The position numbers were made by a program, and so were the translations under genes. A stretch of DNA of 64,000 nt from Steroidobacteraceae bacterium (GTDB lineage Bacteria > Pseudomonadota > Gammaproteobacteria > Steroidobacterales > Steroidobacteraceae). Numbering within the stretch: position 1 is the first letter of the stretch; each line of letters starts with the position of its first letter. Where the stretch lies: positions 37,484 through 101,483 of the forward strand of contig DATLDQ010000033.1 of assembly GCA_035525785.1 (NCBI GenBank), given 5' to 3'. Below are positions 29,548-40,614 of this stretch, in pieces. Under the pieces are notes generated by a model. It searched no databases, was not told the origin of the DNA, and saw only the letters and a list, made by a program, of their open reading frames with translations.

Positions 29548-30672
29548 TCAATCTCCCGATGCGCCGGCCATGATCTCGCGGAGCACGGTCGTGGCGAAAC
29601 TGCCGGCGGACAACGCGAAGCGCAAGGTCAGCGTGTCCCCGGCGTAGTGGTGTTCGAGGTCCCGCACGCGTATGCGCAGCGCGCGCCGCTCCGAATTCAT
29701 GCGTGCGGCGCGAATCACCGCCAGCGCCTCGGGGAACCGCTGCGACACCGATTGCTCGAGCTCGAGCACCGTCCCTAGCGCCAGGGATTCCCCGTCGCCC
29801 AGGAGTGGCGCCGTCGCGTGAATTTCGAGCGATGCACAGCGGACCGTGAGCGTCGGGTCCGCTCCATCCACGGCGAACACCGAGCCCCGGCCATCGAGAT
29901 TTGCAACGTCGCCCGGAGCCAGCTGGTTCCAGCTGCCGTCGCGAACGCGCGCGGCCAGGATGGCGTTGAAGACCAGGCTGCGTGCGGCCGACAACATGAA
30001 GCCGCGGTCGTCGTTGCCGCGTCCGCGCGAGCGGGAGTCGCGCGCTGCTCCCCTGCCCCCCGGCGCACGCGGGTCGGCAGCCTCGGCCGCATCGGCCTGC
30101 GCGCCGAGCCTTTCCGCCTCGCGCCAGACCGCGGTGAGGTTGCCGCCGTCACGGCCGAACCGCTGCTCGCCGAAGTAGTTTGGCACGCCGCCGGCGCGCA
30201 CCGCCGCGATGCGCCGCTCCAGCGTGGCCGGTTCGCAGTGGAAACTGCGCACCGTGATCTCGAAGCGGTTGCCCTCGAGCGCGCCGCGCGGCAGCTTTCG
30301 CTGGTGCTCGACGGACGAGAGGACCTCGTAGCCCTCGCCGCGCAATGCCAGGAAATCCTGCGCCGCGCGCTTTCCGCGCGGCACCGTGAAGTGTTGCGTG
30401 GTGACCGCGTGGCGATCCTTGAGACCGGCGAAACCGACTTCGAACGGCTTGCAGCCCGCGGCGCGCGCGAGCTCGCGCGCCACCCACTCCGTGTTGGCGC
30501 CGCGTTTGCGCACGCGCAAGAGCGCATGTGGCCCTGCGCCCGCGGCCTCGAAGCCCAGTATCTCGTCCACCGTGAAGTCTTCGGGTGACGCGCGCATGAC
30601 GCCCGTCGCGAGCGGCGATCCCCAGGCCGTCGGCGGTGCCAGCGCGGCTTCGCGCCAGGTATCCGGGAACAT
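29548..30672 (-). CDS. truD: tRNA pseudouridine(13) synthase TruD
   Basis: EDFTVDEILGF, KRGANTEWVAREL, GFAGLKDRHAVTTQ, VPNYFGEQRFG. Confidence 0.93.
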   Translation of the reverse strand: MFPDTWREAALAPPTAWGSPLATGVMRASPEDFTVDEILGFEAAGAGPHALLRVRKRGANTEWVARELARAAGCKPFEVGFAGLKDRHAVTTQHFTVPRGKRAAQDFLALRGEGYEVLSSVEHQRKLPRGALEGNRFEITVRSFHCEPATLERRIAAVRAGGVPNYFGEQRFGRDGGNLTAVWREAERLGAQADAAEAADPRAPGGRGAARDSRSRGRGNDDRGFMLSAARSLVFNAILAARVRDGSWNQLAPGDVANLDGRGSVFAVDGADPTLTVRCASLEIHATAPLLGDGESLALGTVLELEQSVSQRFPEALAVIRAARMNSERRALRIRVRDLEHHYAGDTLTLRFALSAGSFATTVLREIMAGASGD

Positions 30673-31160
30673 CAGGCTTTGTCGGCGGCGGGCTCTAACA
30701 ACACCACGGCTTGCGCCGCGAGGCCCTCGTTGCGGCCGATGAAGCCCAGGTGCTCGGTGGTCGTGGCCTTGATGTTCACCTGGTTATCGGTCACGCCAAG
30801 CATCTGCGCGATGGATCGGCGGATCTCGAGCCGATGCGGCGACATCTTCGGCGCCTGCGCGAGCACGGTGATGTCGGCGTTGCCAACGCGCAGTTTGCGC
30901 ACGCTCAGCATTTCGAGCACCGCTTCGACGAAGCGGCGGCTGTTCGCACCCTTCCACACCGGATCCGTGTCGGGGAAATGCATGCCGATGTCGCCGAGCC
31001 CCGCTGCGCCCAGCATGGCGTCGCAGAGCGCGTGCAGGACCACGTCGCCGTCGCTGTGCGCCACGACGCCGCGCGTGTGCGCGATGCGCACGCCGCCGAG
31101 CACCACGGAATCACCCGGGCCGAAGGCGTGGACGTCGAAACCTGAACCGATGCGCATCAT
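30672..31160 (-). CDS. ispF: 2-C-methyl-D-erythritol 2,4-cyclodiphosphate synthase
   Basis: [37 protein letters not shown]. The stop overlaps the truD ATG by 1 nt (TGATG). Confidence 0.96.
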   Translation of the reverse strand: MMRIGSGFDVHAFGPGDSVVLGGVRIAHTRGVVAHSDGDVVLHALCDAMLGAAGLGDIGMHFPDTDPVWKGANSRRFVEAVLEMLSVRKLRVGNADITVLAQAPKMSPHRLEIRRSIAQMLGVTDNQVNIKATTTEHLGFIGRNEGLAAQAVVLLEPAADKA

Positions 31161-31868
31161 TCAACCTCGGAGGAGATTCTCGCGGGCCGCGAGTATGGCT
31201 GAAGCCAGCGTCAGATCTTCCGGCGTCGTCACCTTGAGGTTGTCGGCGCGGCCGGCGATCAGGCGCGGGTGGTGCCCTGCCCACTCCACGGCCTGGGATT
31301 CATCGGTGGGGACCTGCCGCGCTTCCAGCGCGGCGTCGAGGGCCGGCAGCAGCACGCCGATACGGAATGCCTGCGGTGTCGCCGCGCGCCACAGGCCCGC
31401 GCGGTCGATCGTGGTCTCGACGCTCGCCTCGCCCACGCCCGTTTCCCGTTTCAACGTGTCGGCCAGCGGCACCGCGAGCAGCCCTCCGACCGGATGATCG
31501 CGCAACGCGTACTTGAGCTTCGCGAGATCGTCGGCGGTCAAGCAGGGGCGCGCCGCGTCGTGCACGAAAACCCAGTCTTCGCCGCCGACCTGCCCGGCCA
31601 GCGAACGCAGGGCATTGCGCACCGAGTGCGCGCGCTGCTCGCCACCGGTCACCGCATGGATTCGCGCATGCCGCGCCGCGATGGCGGCCCATCGATCATC
31701 GTCCGTTGCGATGGCGACGGTGATGCTGGCGCAATCCACGTCATCTTCGAAGGGCGCGAGGGCGTGCTCGATGACGGTCGAACTACCGAGCTTCGCGTAT
31801 TGCTTGGGAAGCGACGCGGCGAATCGACGCCCGCTGCCCGCGGCCGGAATGATCAGGTGATAGCGCAT
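31161..31868 (-). CDS. ispD: 2-C-methyl-D-erythritol 4-phosphate cytidylyltransferase
   Basis: LIIPAAGSGRRF, VHDAARPC, TDESQAVE. Confidence 0.94.
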   Translation of the reverse strand: MRYHLIIPAAGSGRRFAASLPKQYAKLGSSTVIEHALAPFEDDVDCASITVAIATDDDRWAAIAARHARIHAVTGGEQRAHSVRNALRSLAGQVGGEDWVFVHDAARPCLTADDLAKLKYALRDHPVGGLLAVPLADTLKRETGVGEASVETTIDRAGLWRAATPQAFRIGVLLPALDAALEARQVPTDESQAVEWAGHHPRLIAGRADNLKVTTPEDLTLASAILAARENLLRG

Positions 31869-31904
31869 TGGCCGCGAAGCTTAACAGCCCGCGACAACGT
31901 GACT

Positions 31905-32234
31905 TCAGCGGGACGCCGTCTGCGTGTGGACTTCGGGCCGCGCGGGAAGCGCGGTGCGCGGCCGCGCCGGAACGACCTGGAAGAAGGTTTCGTTGCGGCC
32001 AATCATGCCGAGCTCGGACCGGGCGCGCTCTTCGATGGCCGCCATGCCCGCCTTCAGGTCGGCGACTTCAGCGACCAGTTGTTCGTTGCGCGCTTCGAGC
32101 TCCGCGTTCTCCGCGTTCTGGTGGTCCACCGACTCGCTGAGCCGGGACAGCTCGCGCACACCGTCGTTGGACAGCCAGAGCCGGTACTGCAGCAGCAATA
32201 CGACCGAGAGCAATACGCCAGCGAGCCACTTCAT
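31905..32234 (-). CDS. ftsB: cell division protein FtsB
   Basis: N-terminal TM plus coiled coil (QNAENAELEARNEQLVAEVADLK), then IEERARSELGMIGRNETFF. Confidence 0.9.
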   Translation of the reverse strand: MKWLAGVLLSVVLLLQYRLWLSNDGVRELSRLSESVDHQNAENAELEARNEQLVAEVADLKAGMAAIEERARSELGMIGRNETFFQVVPARPRTALPARPEVHTQTASR

Positions 32235-32267
32235 TTGTTGAGTAGACTAAACTAAACTAAGTTCACT

Positions 32268-32495
32268 GTGAAGTCCGGCAAGGTAAATATCCACGAGGCG
32301 AAGACGCACTTGTCGCGGCTCGTCGAAGACGTCGCCAATGGCAACGAGGTGTTGATCGCGAAAGGCGGTCGCGCGATGGCGAGGCTGGTGCCATTGGGGC
32401 GCGACGACGCACCGCGAAAGTGCGGCCTGCTCAAGGGCAAGCTGCGCATAGCGGAGGACTTCGACCGTTCGCTCGAGGCGTTGACCCCGCTCTAG
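32268..32495 (+). CDS. type II antitoxin, Phd/YefM-like
   Basis: 75 aa with GTG start: VNIHEAKTHLSRLVEDVANGNEVLIAKGGRAMARLVPL. Directly upstream of the PIN gene. Confidence 0.8.
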   Translation: MKSGKVNIHEAKTHLSRLVEDVANGNEVLIAKGGRAMARLVPLGRDDAPRKCGLLKGKLRIAEDFDRSLEALTPL

Positions 32496-32537
32496 CCGGC
32501 GCCCTCCCCTACTCCCGCCCCAACAGAGAAATTGGCA

Positions 32538-32933
32538 ATGCGCCTATTGCTCGATACGCAGGTGTTTCTCTGGTGGCTGGCGGATTCGCGGCGCCTGGGC
32601 AAAGCCGCCCGCGAGCGCATCGAGGCGGCGGACGAGGTCTACGTCAGCGCCGCGTCCATCGTGGAGTGCGAAGCGAAGATCGCCGCGGGTCTGCTCGAGG
32701 GCGACGTCGAGGAAGTCGCGCGCGGCATCCGCGCGAGTGGGTTTCTCGAATTGCCGGTGCGGGTGCGCGCCGCCGCCGCGGCGGGCTCATTGAAGAAAAT
32801 GCCCGAGGCGGATTTCATCGACCGCCTGCTCGTGGCGCAGGCCATGGCCGAGCCACTGAAGTTGCTCACCGCGAATGCGGCACTGAAGAGTTACTCGGAG
32901 CTCGTGGAGGTCGCGGGCGCCTCCACGAGCTGA
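32538..32933 (+). CDS. vapC: PIN-domain toxin (VapC family)
   Basis: MRLLLDTQVFLWWL...VYVSAASIVE...DFIDRLLVAQA..., with the conserved acidic D/E/D pattern. ATG 38 (32538), or TTG 32532. Confidence 0.8.
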   Translation: MRLLLDTQVFLWWLADSRRLGKAARERIEAADEVYVSAASIVECEAKIAAGLLEGDVEEVARGIRASGFLELPVRVRAAAAAGSLKKMPEADFIDRLLVAQAMAEPLKLLTANAALKSYSELVEVAGASTS

Positions 32934-32960
32934 GTGTTTTAGAGCAGCTCGCCGGTCCGT

Positions 32961-35714
32961 CTATTTGACCGGCTTGCCATCGGCATCGATGACGGTCACC
33001 TCGCCGAAGTTCAACGCGCGCACCTTCGCCTCGATCTTCGACAGGTCGCCGACCACCACCCAGGTCAGCGCATCCGGGTGAATGAGCTTGCCGGCGGACT
33101 TGTTGACGTCGTCCACGGTCACCGCGCTCACCTCGCCGACGAAGTCGTTCCAGTACGAGTCCTTGAGCCCGAAGGTCAGTATCTCGCCGTAGGCGCCGGC
33201 GATCTCGTCCGCGGTTTCGTTCTGTCCGGGCAGCGCGATCACGATGCTGTCCTTGGCAAACTGGATCTCCTTGTCGGTGGGCTTGTTCGTTGCCAGCACC
33301 TGCGTGAGCTCCTTCCTGATCTCGGCCATGGCCTCGGCGGTCTTGTCGGTCTGCACGCCACCTCCGGCGCGCCAGGTGCCGGGGCCCACCGAGTCGGTGA
33401 GACGTGTGCCGGCGCCATACGCCCAGTGCTTGTCCTCGCGCAGGTTCATGTTGAGGCGCGAGGTGAAGTTGCCGCCCATGAGCGTATCCAGCACGACGAA
33501 GCGGATGTGATTCGCATCGGCGCGCGTCGGGCCAACGGTGGTGGCGACGATCTGCGACTGCTCCGAGCCCGTGCGGTTGATGAGGAACACGCGTGGTTGC
33601 GTGGCGAGCGTCACGTTGCCGATATTCTTCGTGGCCTTGGCTTCGGCTGGCGCACGCCAGGCGCCGAAGCGCTGTTCCAGCAAAGGCTGGATCTGCGCGA
33701 GCGTCGTGTCACCCACGACCAGCAGCACGGAGTTGTCCGGCCGCACCCAGCGCTTGTAGAACGCGGCGAGGTCCGGGCCCTTGAGGCTGTTCACCGCCGC
33801 TTCCGTGCCCGTGCCCGAGGCCGGGTTCGAATACGCATGGCCCTCGCCATAGATGAGGCGCGGCATCACTCGCTGGATCATCGCCGCCGGCTGGGCCTTC
33901 TCCTGCTGGATGGTGGCGAGCGTCTGGCCGCGAAGACGATCGAGCTCCTTGTCGGGAAACGTGGGGTTGAGCAGCACGTCGGCGTACAGATCGAGGGACT
34001 CCGCGAGGCGCGCGCTCAACGCATTCATGTTGAGGTATGAACGGTCGAGCGACGAACCCACGGCGATCGTCGCGCCCAGCGACTCGGCGCGATCCGCGAT
34101 CTCGAGCGAGCTGCGCGTCTTCGTGCCTTCCTGGATCATCTGCATTGCCAGGCGCGCGGTGCCAGGCTTGGCGGAGGCGTCCGCCGCGAAACCGGCATCG
34201 GCCATCAGCGTGAAGTCGACGACCGGCGCGGCGTGGCGCTCGACCACGGCGACTTCTAGACCGTTGGACAGCTTGGCGCGCACGATGCCGGGTAGTTTGA
34301 GCGACGGAGGCTCGCCCGGCGTCGGCACCTTGCTGCGATCGACCGTGGACGCCAAAGTCTTGTACTCGCCCGCGGGCTCGACGTTGAGCACGAACACGCC
34401 ATCGGACATCCAGCGCCTGGCGACGGCCTGCACGTCGGCGGTCGTGGCATTGGCCACCCAGCCGAGGCGCGTCTTGTAGAAATCCGGCGAACCGCCGTAG
34501 ACCATGCTCTCCGCGAGAATGTACGACTTGCCGCCGAAACCATCGATGCGCTCGATGCCACGCGCGAACGATGCGTAGTTAGTGGTCTTGATGCGGTCGA
34601 GCTCGGGTTGCGCCGGGCCCTTGGCCAGGAACGCCGCCACCTCTTCGTCCATGGCCTTCTCGACCTTGGCGGGGTCTTCGCCCGGCTTCACCGTCGCGAA
34701 CAGCAGGATCTGCGAGGCGATCTCGAACGGGCCGATGTAGGCACCCACGGCCGTGGCGGTGCGGTCGGTGTAGACCAGGCGCTTGTACAGCCGGCTGTTC
34801 TTGCCCGAGGCGAGCAGGTCCGCGGTCACGTCCATTAGCGAAAAATCCCGCGTCTTGTAGCCTGGGATGTTCCACACCTTATAGATGCGCGCCTGCGGCA
34901 CCCGGTCCTGCATGACCGAGCGGCGCTCACCCGACATCTTGGCGACCCAGGCCTGCTGATGGTTCACCGTGGGACCGGGTGCGATGTCGCCGAAATACTT
35001 CTCGACCTTGGCCTTGGCATCCGCCGCGGTGACGTCGCCCGCCAGCACGATGACGGCATTGGCCGCGCCGTAGTAGCCGCGGAACCATTCCTTCACGTCC
35101 TCGACCGAGGCCGCATTCAGGTCTTCCATCGAGCCGATGGTTTCCCAGGAGTACGGGTGGCCCGCGGGCCAGGTGCTCTGCGCGATGACCTCGGACACCT
35201 TGCCGTAGGGCTGGTTCTGGCGTCCGCGTTTCTCGTTCTGCACCACGCCGCGTTGCTCGTCGAGCACCTTCTGGTCGATGGCGCCGAGCAGGTGACCCAT
35301 GCGGTCCGACTCCATCCATAGCGTCATGTCGAGCGCGGATGTGGGCACGTTCTGGAAATAGTTGGTGCGATCGAACCACGTGGTGCCGTTGAGTTTGGTG
35401 GCGCCCGCCGATTCCATGACCTTGAACCAGTCGTCCTTGTAGTTCTCGGATCCGTTGAACATCAGGTGCTCGAACAGGTGCGCGAAGCCCGTGCGGCCCA
35501 GGCGCTCGTCCTTGCTGCCTACGTGGTACCAGACGTTGACTGCCACCACCGGCGCCTTGTGATCCTCGTGCACGAGCAGCGTGAGCCCGTTTGCGAGCAC
35601 GAACTTCTGGTACGGGATGTCGGCGACCGGGAGCGGCGCGGGCTTGGAAGCGGCGGCCGCCACGGCGGCGGCGGACAACACGGATAGTAAGACAGCGGTG
35701 AAGCACCGGTTCAT
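32961..35714 (-). CDS. M16 family zinc peptidase, two-module (PqqL-like), secreted
   Basis: Trimmed to ATG 35714 (MNRCFTAVLLSVLSAAAVAAAA signal peptide). HLFEHLMFNGS is the inverted zincin HxxEH motif. The second half is an M16 repeat. Confidence 0.9.
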   Translation of the reverse strand: MNRCFTAVLLSVLSAAAVAAAASKPAPLPVADIPYQKFVLANGLTLLVHEDHKAPVVAVNVWYHVGSKDERLGRTGFAHLFEHLMFNGSENYKDDWFKVMESAGATKLNGTTWFDRTNYFQNVPTSALDMTLWMESDRMGHLLGAIDQKVLDEQRGVVQNEKRGRQNQPYGKVSEVIAQSTWPAGHPYSWETIGSMEDLNAASVEDVKEWFRGYYGAANAVIVLAGDVTAADAKAKVEKYFGDIAPGPTVNHQQAWVAKMSGERRSVMQDRVPQARIYKVWNIPGYKTRDFSLMDVTADLLASGKNSRLYKRLVYTDRTATAVGAYIGPFEIASQILLFATVKPGEDPAKVEKAMDEEVAAFLAKGPAQPELDRIKTTNYASFARGIERIDGFGGKSYILAESMVYGGSPDFYKTRLGWVANATTADVQAVARRWMSDGVFVLNVEPAGEYKTLASTVDRSKVPTPGEPPSLKLPGIVRAKLSNGLEVAVVERHAAPVVDFTLMADAGFAADASAKPGTARLAMQMIQEGTKTRSSLEIADRAESLGATIAVGSSLDRSYLNMNALSARLAESLDLYADVLLNPTFPDKELDRLRGQTLATIQQEKAQPAAMIQRVMPRLIYGEGHAYSNPASGTGTEAAVNSLKGPDLAAFYKRWVRPDNSVLLVVGDTTLAQIQPLLEQRFGAWRAPAEAKATKNIGNVTLATQPRVFLINRTGSEQSQIVATTVGPTRADANHIRFVVLDTLMGGNFTSRLNMNLREDKHWAYGAGTRLTDSVGPGTWRAGGGVQTDKTAEAMAEIRKELTQVLATNKPTDKEIQFAKDSIVIALPGQNETADEIAGAYGEILTFGLKDSYWNDFVGEVSAVTVDDVNKSAGKLIHPDALTWVVVGDLSKIEAKVRALNFGEVTVIDADGKPVK

Positions 35715-35817
35715 GGTGGGTCCTTGCGGATATCGGGGTGACTGAATGCTAGCGCCAAGCAGGGCACGCGTGCAGATAGAACGATGAAGGGAGCCCGCGT
35801 CAGGCTGGGGCGACGCG

Positions 35818-36258
35818 TCATTGACCGTCCGGGGATGTGAACCCCCGGCAAACCACCGCGAGCTTGTTCCCGTCCGGGTCGCGGACGTACGTCGCGTAGA
35901 AATCCGGGTTGTAGAGCAATCGCAGACCGGGCGCGCCTTCCGACGTGCCGCCATGGGTCAGCGCGGTGTCGTGAAAGCGGTTCACGGAACACCAGTCCTT
36001 GGCCCACAAAGCGACCATGCCCCCGTTACCCACGGTAGCCTGCCCGCCGTTGAACGGCTTGCAGATCCACAGGGCATCCTGGACGGCGCCTTCTTTTTCG
36101 TACAGGCCCCAGCCTATCCACCCGGTCCAGCTGGTCTCGCTCTCACCGGCGACGTCGCAGCGCCGGTAGCCGAGCACGCCGAGCGTGGCGTCGTAGAACC
36201 TGCCCGATCGCTCGAGGTCGTTGGAGCCGAGGCAGACGTAGGCAAACATGGACTTCAT
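35818..36258 (-). CDS. VOC/glyoxalase-fold protein
   Basis: FAYVCLGSNDLERSGRFYDATLGVLG...YATYVRDPDGNKLAVV. ATGA overlap with the upstream gene's stop. Confidence 0.8.
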   Translation of the reverse strand: MKSMFAYVCLGSNDLERSGRFYDATLGVLGYRRCDVAGESETSWTGWIGWGLYEKEGAVQDALWICKPFNGGQATVGNGGMVALWAKDWCSVNRFHDTALTHGGTSEGAPGLRLLYNPDFYATYVRDPDGNKLAVVCRGFTSPDGQ

Positions 36259-36740
36259 GGAGCATCCGCGGAATACAGGCAGAGCTCGCGCGCGGGACTA
36301 TCCACCCCGGTGATGTATTCGTGCACGGAACGCACACCGTCCTTGAGCCCGCGGAAGTGGACGCGCCCGAGGCACTCTTCGAGCGACAACCACTGGTACT
36401 CGGCGTGCTCGCCGGCGTTCAGCCGCACCGCGCTCTCGAGTACTTCCGCGGCGTAGACGCCGATCAGCTGCATCTCGTTGAAGCGCCGGTTGTAGATGGT
36501 GTACGTATGCTCGGCCGCCCAGACGCTTTGCGCCTTGAGCCCGAAGGCGCGCAGGTGGCGCGCGATGGCATCGGTGATGTGCTCGCCATCCTTCACGACG
36601 TCGCTGGGTATCTGCCAGAACCGCCCGCCGTTGAAGAAGCGCTCGGCTTTCTCGACCGACGTGTGCAGCAGGAGGAATCGGATGCCTTCCGCGGTCCGGC
36701 GAAACGCCCAGACGTCGAAGACATTGGCGGCGAGCTGCAT
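36255..36740 (-). CDS. Nudix-fold protein with degenerate Nudix box
   Basis: FWQIPSDVVKDGEHITDAIARHLRAFGL has a Nudix-like layout, but the REUxEE glutamates are replaced (RHLRAF). Confidence 0.55.
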   Translation of the reverse strand: MQLAANVFDVWAFRRTAEGIRFLLLHTSVEKAERFFNGGRFWQIPSDVVKDGEHITDAIARHLRAFGLKAQSVWAAEHTYTIYNRRFNEMQLIGVYAAEVLESAVRLNAGEHAEYQWLSLEECLGRVHFRGLKDGVRSVHEYITGVDSPARELCLYSADAP

Positions 36741-36747
36741 CGCCTGA

Positions 36748-37077
36748 CTACAGGCGCGGCGGATCCGCGGGACGCACCCGGCGGAAACCCGCGGCGCGGA
36801 TGTCGCTCATGACCTGCGCGGCGCGGATCATCACGTCCTGGTCGGTCTTGTTGGTGGCCACGACGATGCTGCGGTCGCGGCCGATCTGCAGCGTGCTGGT
36901 CATGAGGCTCGCGACGCGCGAGCAGTTGGTCTTGCGGTCGAGCACGCTGCAATAGTTCGAGCCGCTCCAGACGATGACCAGCACTTCTTCCTGGGGAAAC
37001 GGCGGCAGTCCCTGCGCCTGCACGTGCATCGCCGCGAGGCTCAGGGCCAGTGCGAGAAACTTCATGTGGCTGCGCAT
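36748..37077 (-). CDS. small secreted hypothetical protein
   Basis: Trimmed to ATG 37077 (MRSHMKFLALALSLAAMHVQAQG signal peptide). The C-terminal IVVATNKTDQDVMIRAAQVMSDIRAAGF loosely resembles an ExbD/TolR periplasmic domain. Confidence 0.5.
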   Translation of the reverse strand: MRSHMKFLALALSLAAMHVQAQGLPPFPQEEVLVIVWSGSNYCSVLDRKTNCSRVASLMTSTLQIGRDRSIVVATNKTDQDVMIRAAQVMSDIRAAGFRRVRPADPPRL

Positions 37078-37135
37078 TGCTGTCTCCTCATCTGTCCGGA
37101 GGGGTGGAGGCGTCGCCTCCACCCCGCGTACGTGA

Positions 37136-39249
<2,114 letters not shown>

Positions 39250-39369
39250 GGGTACCTCGAAAGCGGAAGGCGGAGGATACACGGCCCGGGATGGCGGGCG
39301 CAGCCCTTGCCATTGTCCCGCGACCTGTCCCGCGGCTGCCCAAAAGGGACTGCCGCGCGGTACCGACGC

Positions 39370-39882
39370 TCAGTGCTTCTGCCGTTTGAGCCCTCGCAGG
39401 ATCTTCACATCCTGGCCGCCTTCCACGTTGATCGGTGAGCTGCGAGTGCAGCGGCCGAGCTCGATTGGCGTGCCATGCGAATAGATCAGCCATTCCTTCG
39501 AGAACTTCACCGGCAGCTGCTCCGCACCGGGTTTGGATGCGGCGTACATCCACGGCGGATCATTGGTGCTGCTCTGCCCGCAGGATCCGGCGCTCAACAC
39601 CTGGTACACGCGGATCACCTGGCCCACCTGAAGCGCACCTTTGAAGACCTCGATGATTTCGAACTGCGCGTCCTCGATGACATCGCGGCGATGACCGTCA
39701 GTGCGGGTTTCGGGCCTGAGCGCCGATCGCTTGAGCCGGGCGACGAATACTGCATCGGCATCGTCGAGTGACTGCCGAACCTGCTCCTCGGGCGTACCCG
39801 TGAGCTGCAGGCAGGAGCAAGCCTGCGCAGCCGGTGCTACCACACCAGCCACCGCCAATGCGATCAGGAGCCGGGCTTTCAT
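39370..39882 (-). CDS. secreted TIMP/NTR-like protein (mature N-terminus CSC)
   Basis: Signal peptide MKARLLIALAVAGVVAPAAQA, then CSCLQL...DADAVFVARL...FEIIEVFKG...SAGSCG...EWLIYS...LGRC. See findings. Confidence 0.6.
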   Translation of the reverse strand: MKARLLIALAVAGVVAPAAQACSCLQLTGTPEEQVRQSLDDADAVFVARLKRSALRPETRTDGHRRDVIEDAQFEIIEVFKGALQVGQVIRVYQVLSAGSCGQSSTNDPPWMYAASKPGAEQLPVKFSKEWLIYSHGTPIELGRCTRSSPINVEGGQDVKILRGLKRQKH

Positions 39883-40095
39883 CGCAGTTCGCCCCGGTCG
39901 CGCAGCGAGTCGAAGATGAAATTCATGCGCGCACCCGGGCCGCGAATGAATCAGCGGGCAAGAAGACAGACATGGATACCGAATACCAGGAGCAACACGA
40001 GCGGGTTGATCGAATTGCGGAACAGGTGAACGGCCACGCCTGCCTTGTCGGCGACACGGTCGGATTGCCTGGCATGCTTCCTCCCTGCGCAGAGG

Positions 40096-40614
40096 CTACG
40101 CCGAGTCGGCTGCCAATGCTTCGAATATGCGCCGGATGGCCTGCCGCACCTCGGTCGAAACCCGCATTTCGCCTTCGGTGCGTAGATAGCCCAAGAGCGG
40201 TAGCGAAATCGACGCGGCCGGCACGACGCGCATGGACATGGTCACGAGAATTTCCGCGAGCGACTCCTGCGCGTGCCGCGCGCGCGGAGAAGTATTGACC
40301 AGCGCGACGGGCTTGCCCACGGCGCCTTCGAAGCTCACCAGCCAGTCGAGCGTGTTCTTGATGACGCCGGTGACGCCGTGCGCATACTCGGGGCTCGCGA
40401 TCACCAGCGCGTCGGCTTCGGCCACGGCATGGCGGAATCGCACCACCGACACCGGTGGCGTCGAGTCGAGGTCGGGATTGAACAGGGGGAGTTCGCCGGG
40501 CGCCGGGCTGAACTCCGCAACGTGCCCCGTGGGCGCGAGCTGCACCAGCACGCGGCAGAATGCCGAATTGATCGATGCCGCGCGCAGGCTGCCGGATATC
40601 GCGAGTGCTCTCAC
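40096..40614 (-). CDS. NADPH-dependent FMN reductase family protein
   Basis: Last 172 codons of track ORF 40096..41340: (V)RALAISGSLRAASINS...LVIASPEYAHGVTGVIKNTLDWL. GTG 40614 inferred. Confidence 0.8.
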   Translation of the reverse strand: MRALAISGSLRAASINSAFCRVLVQLAPTGHVAEFSPAPGELPLFNPDLDSTPPVSVVRFRHAVAEADALVIASPEYAHGVTGVIKNTLDWLVSFEGAVGKPVALVNTSPRARHAQESLAEILVTMSMRVVPAASISLPLLGYLRTEGEMRVSTEVRQAIRRIFEALAADSA

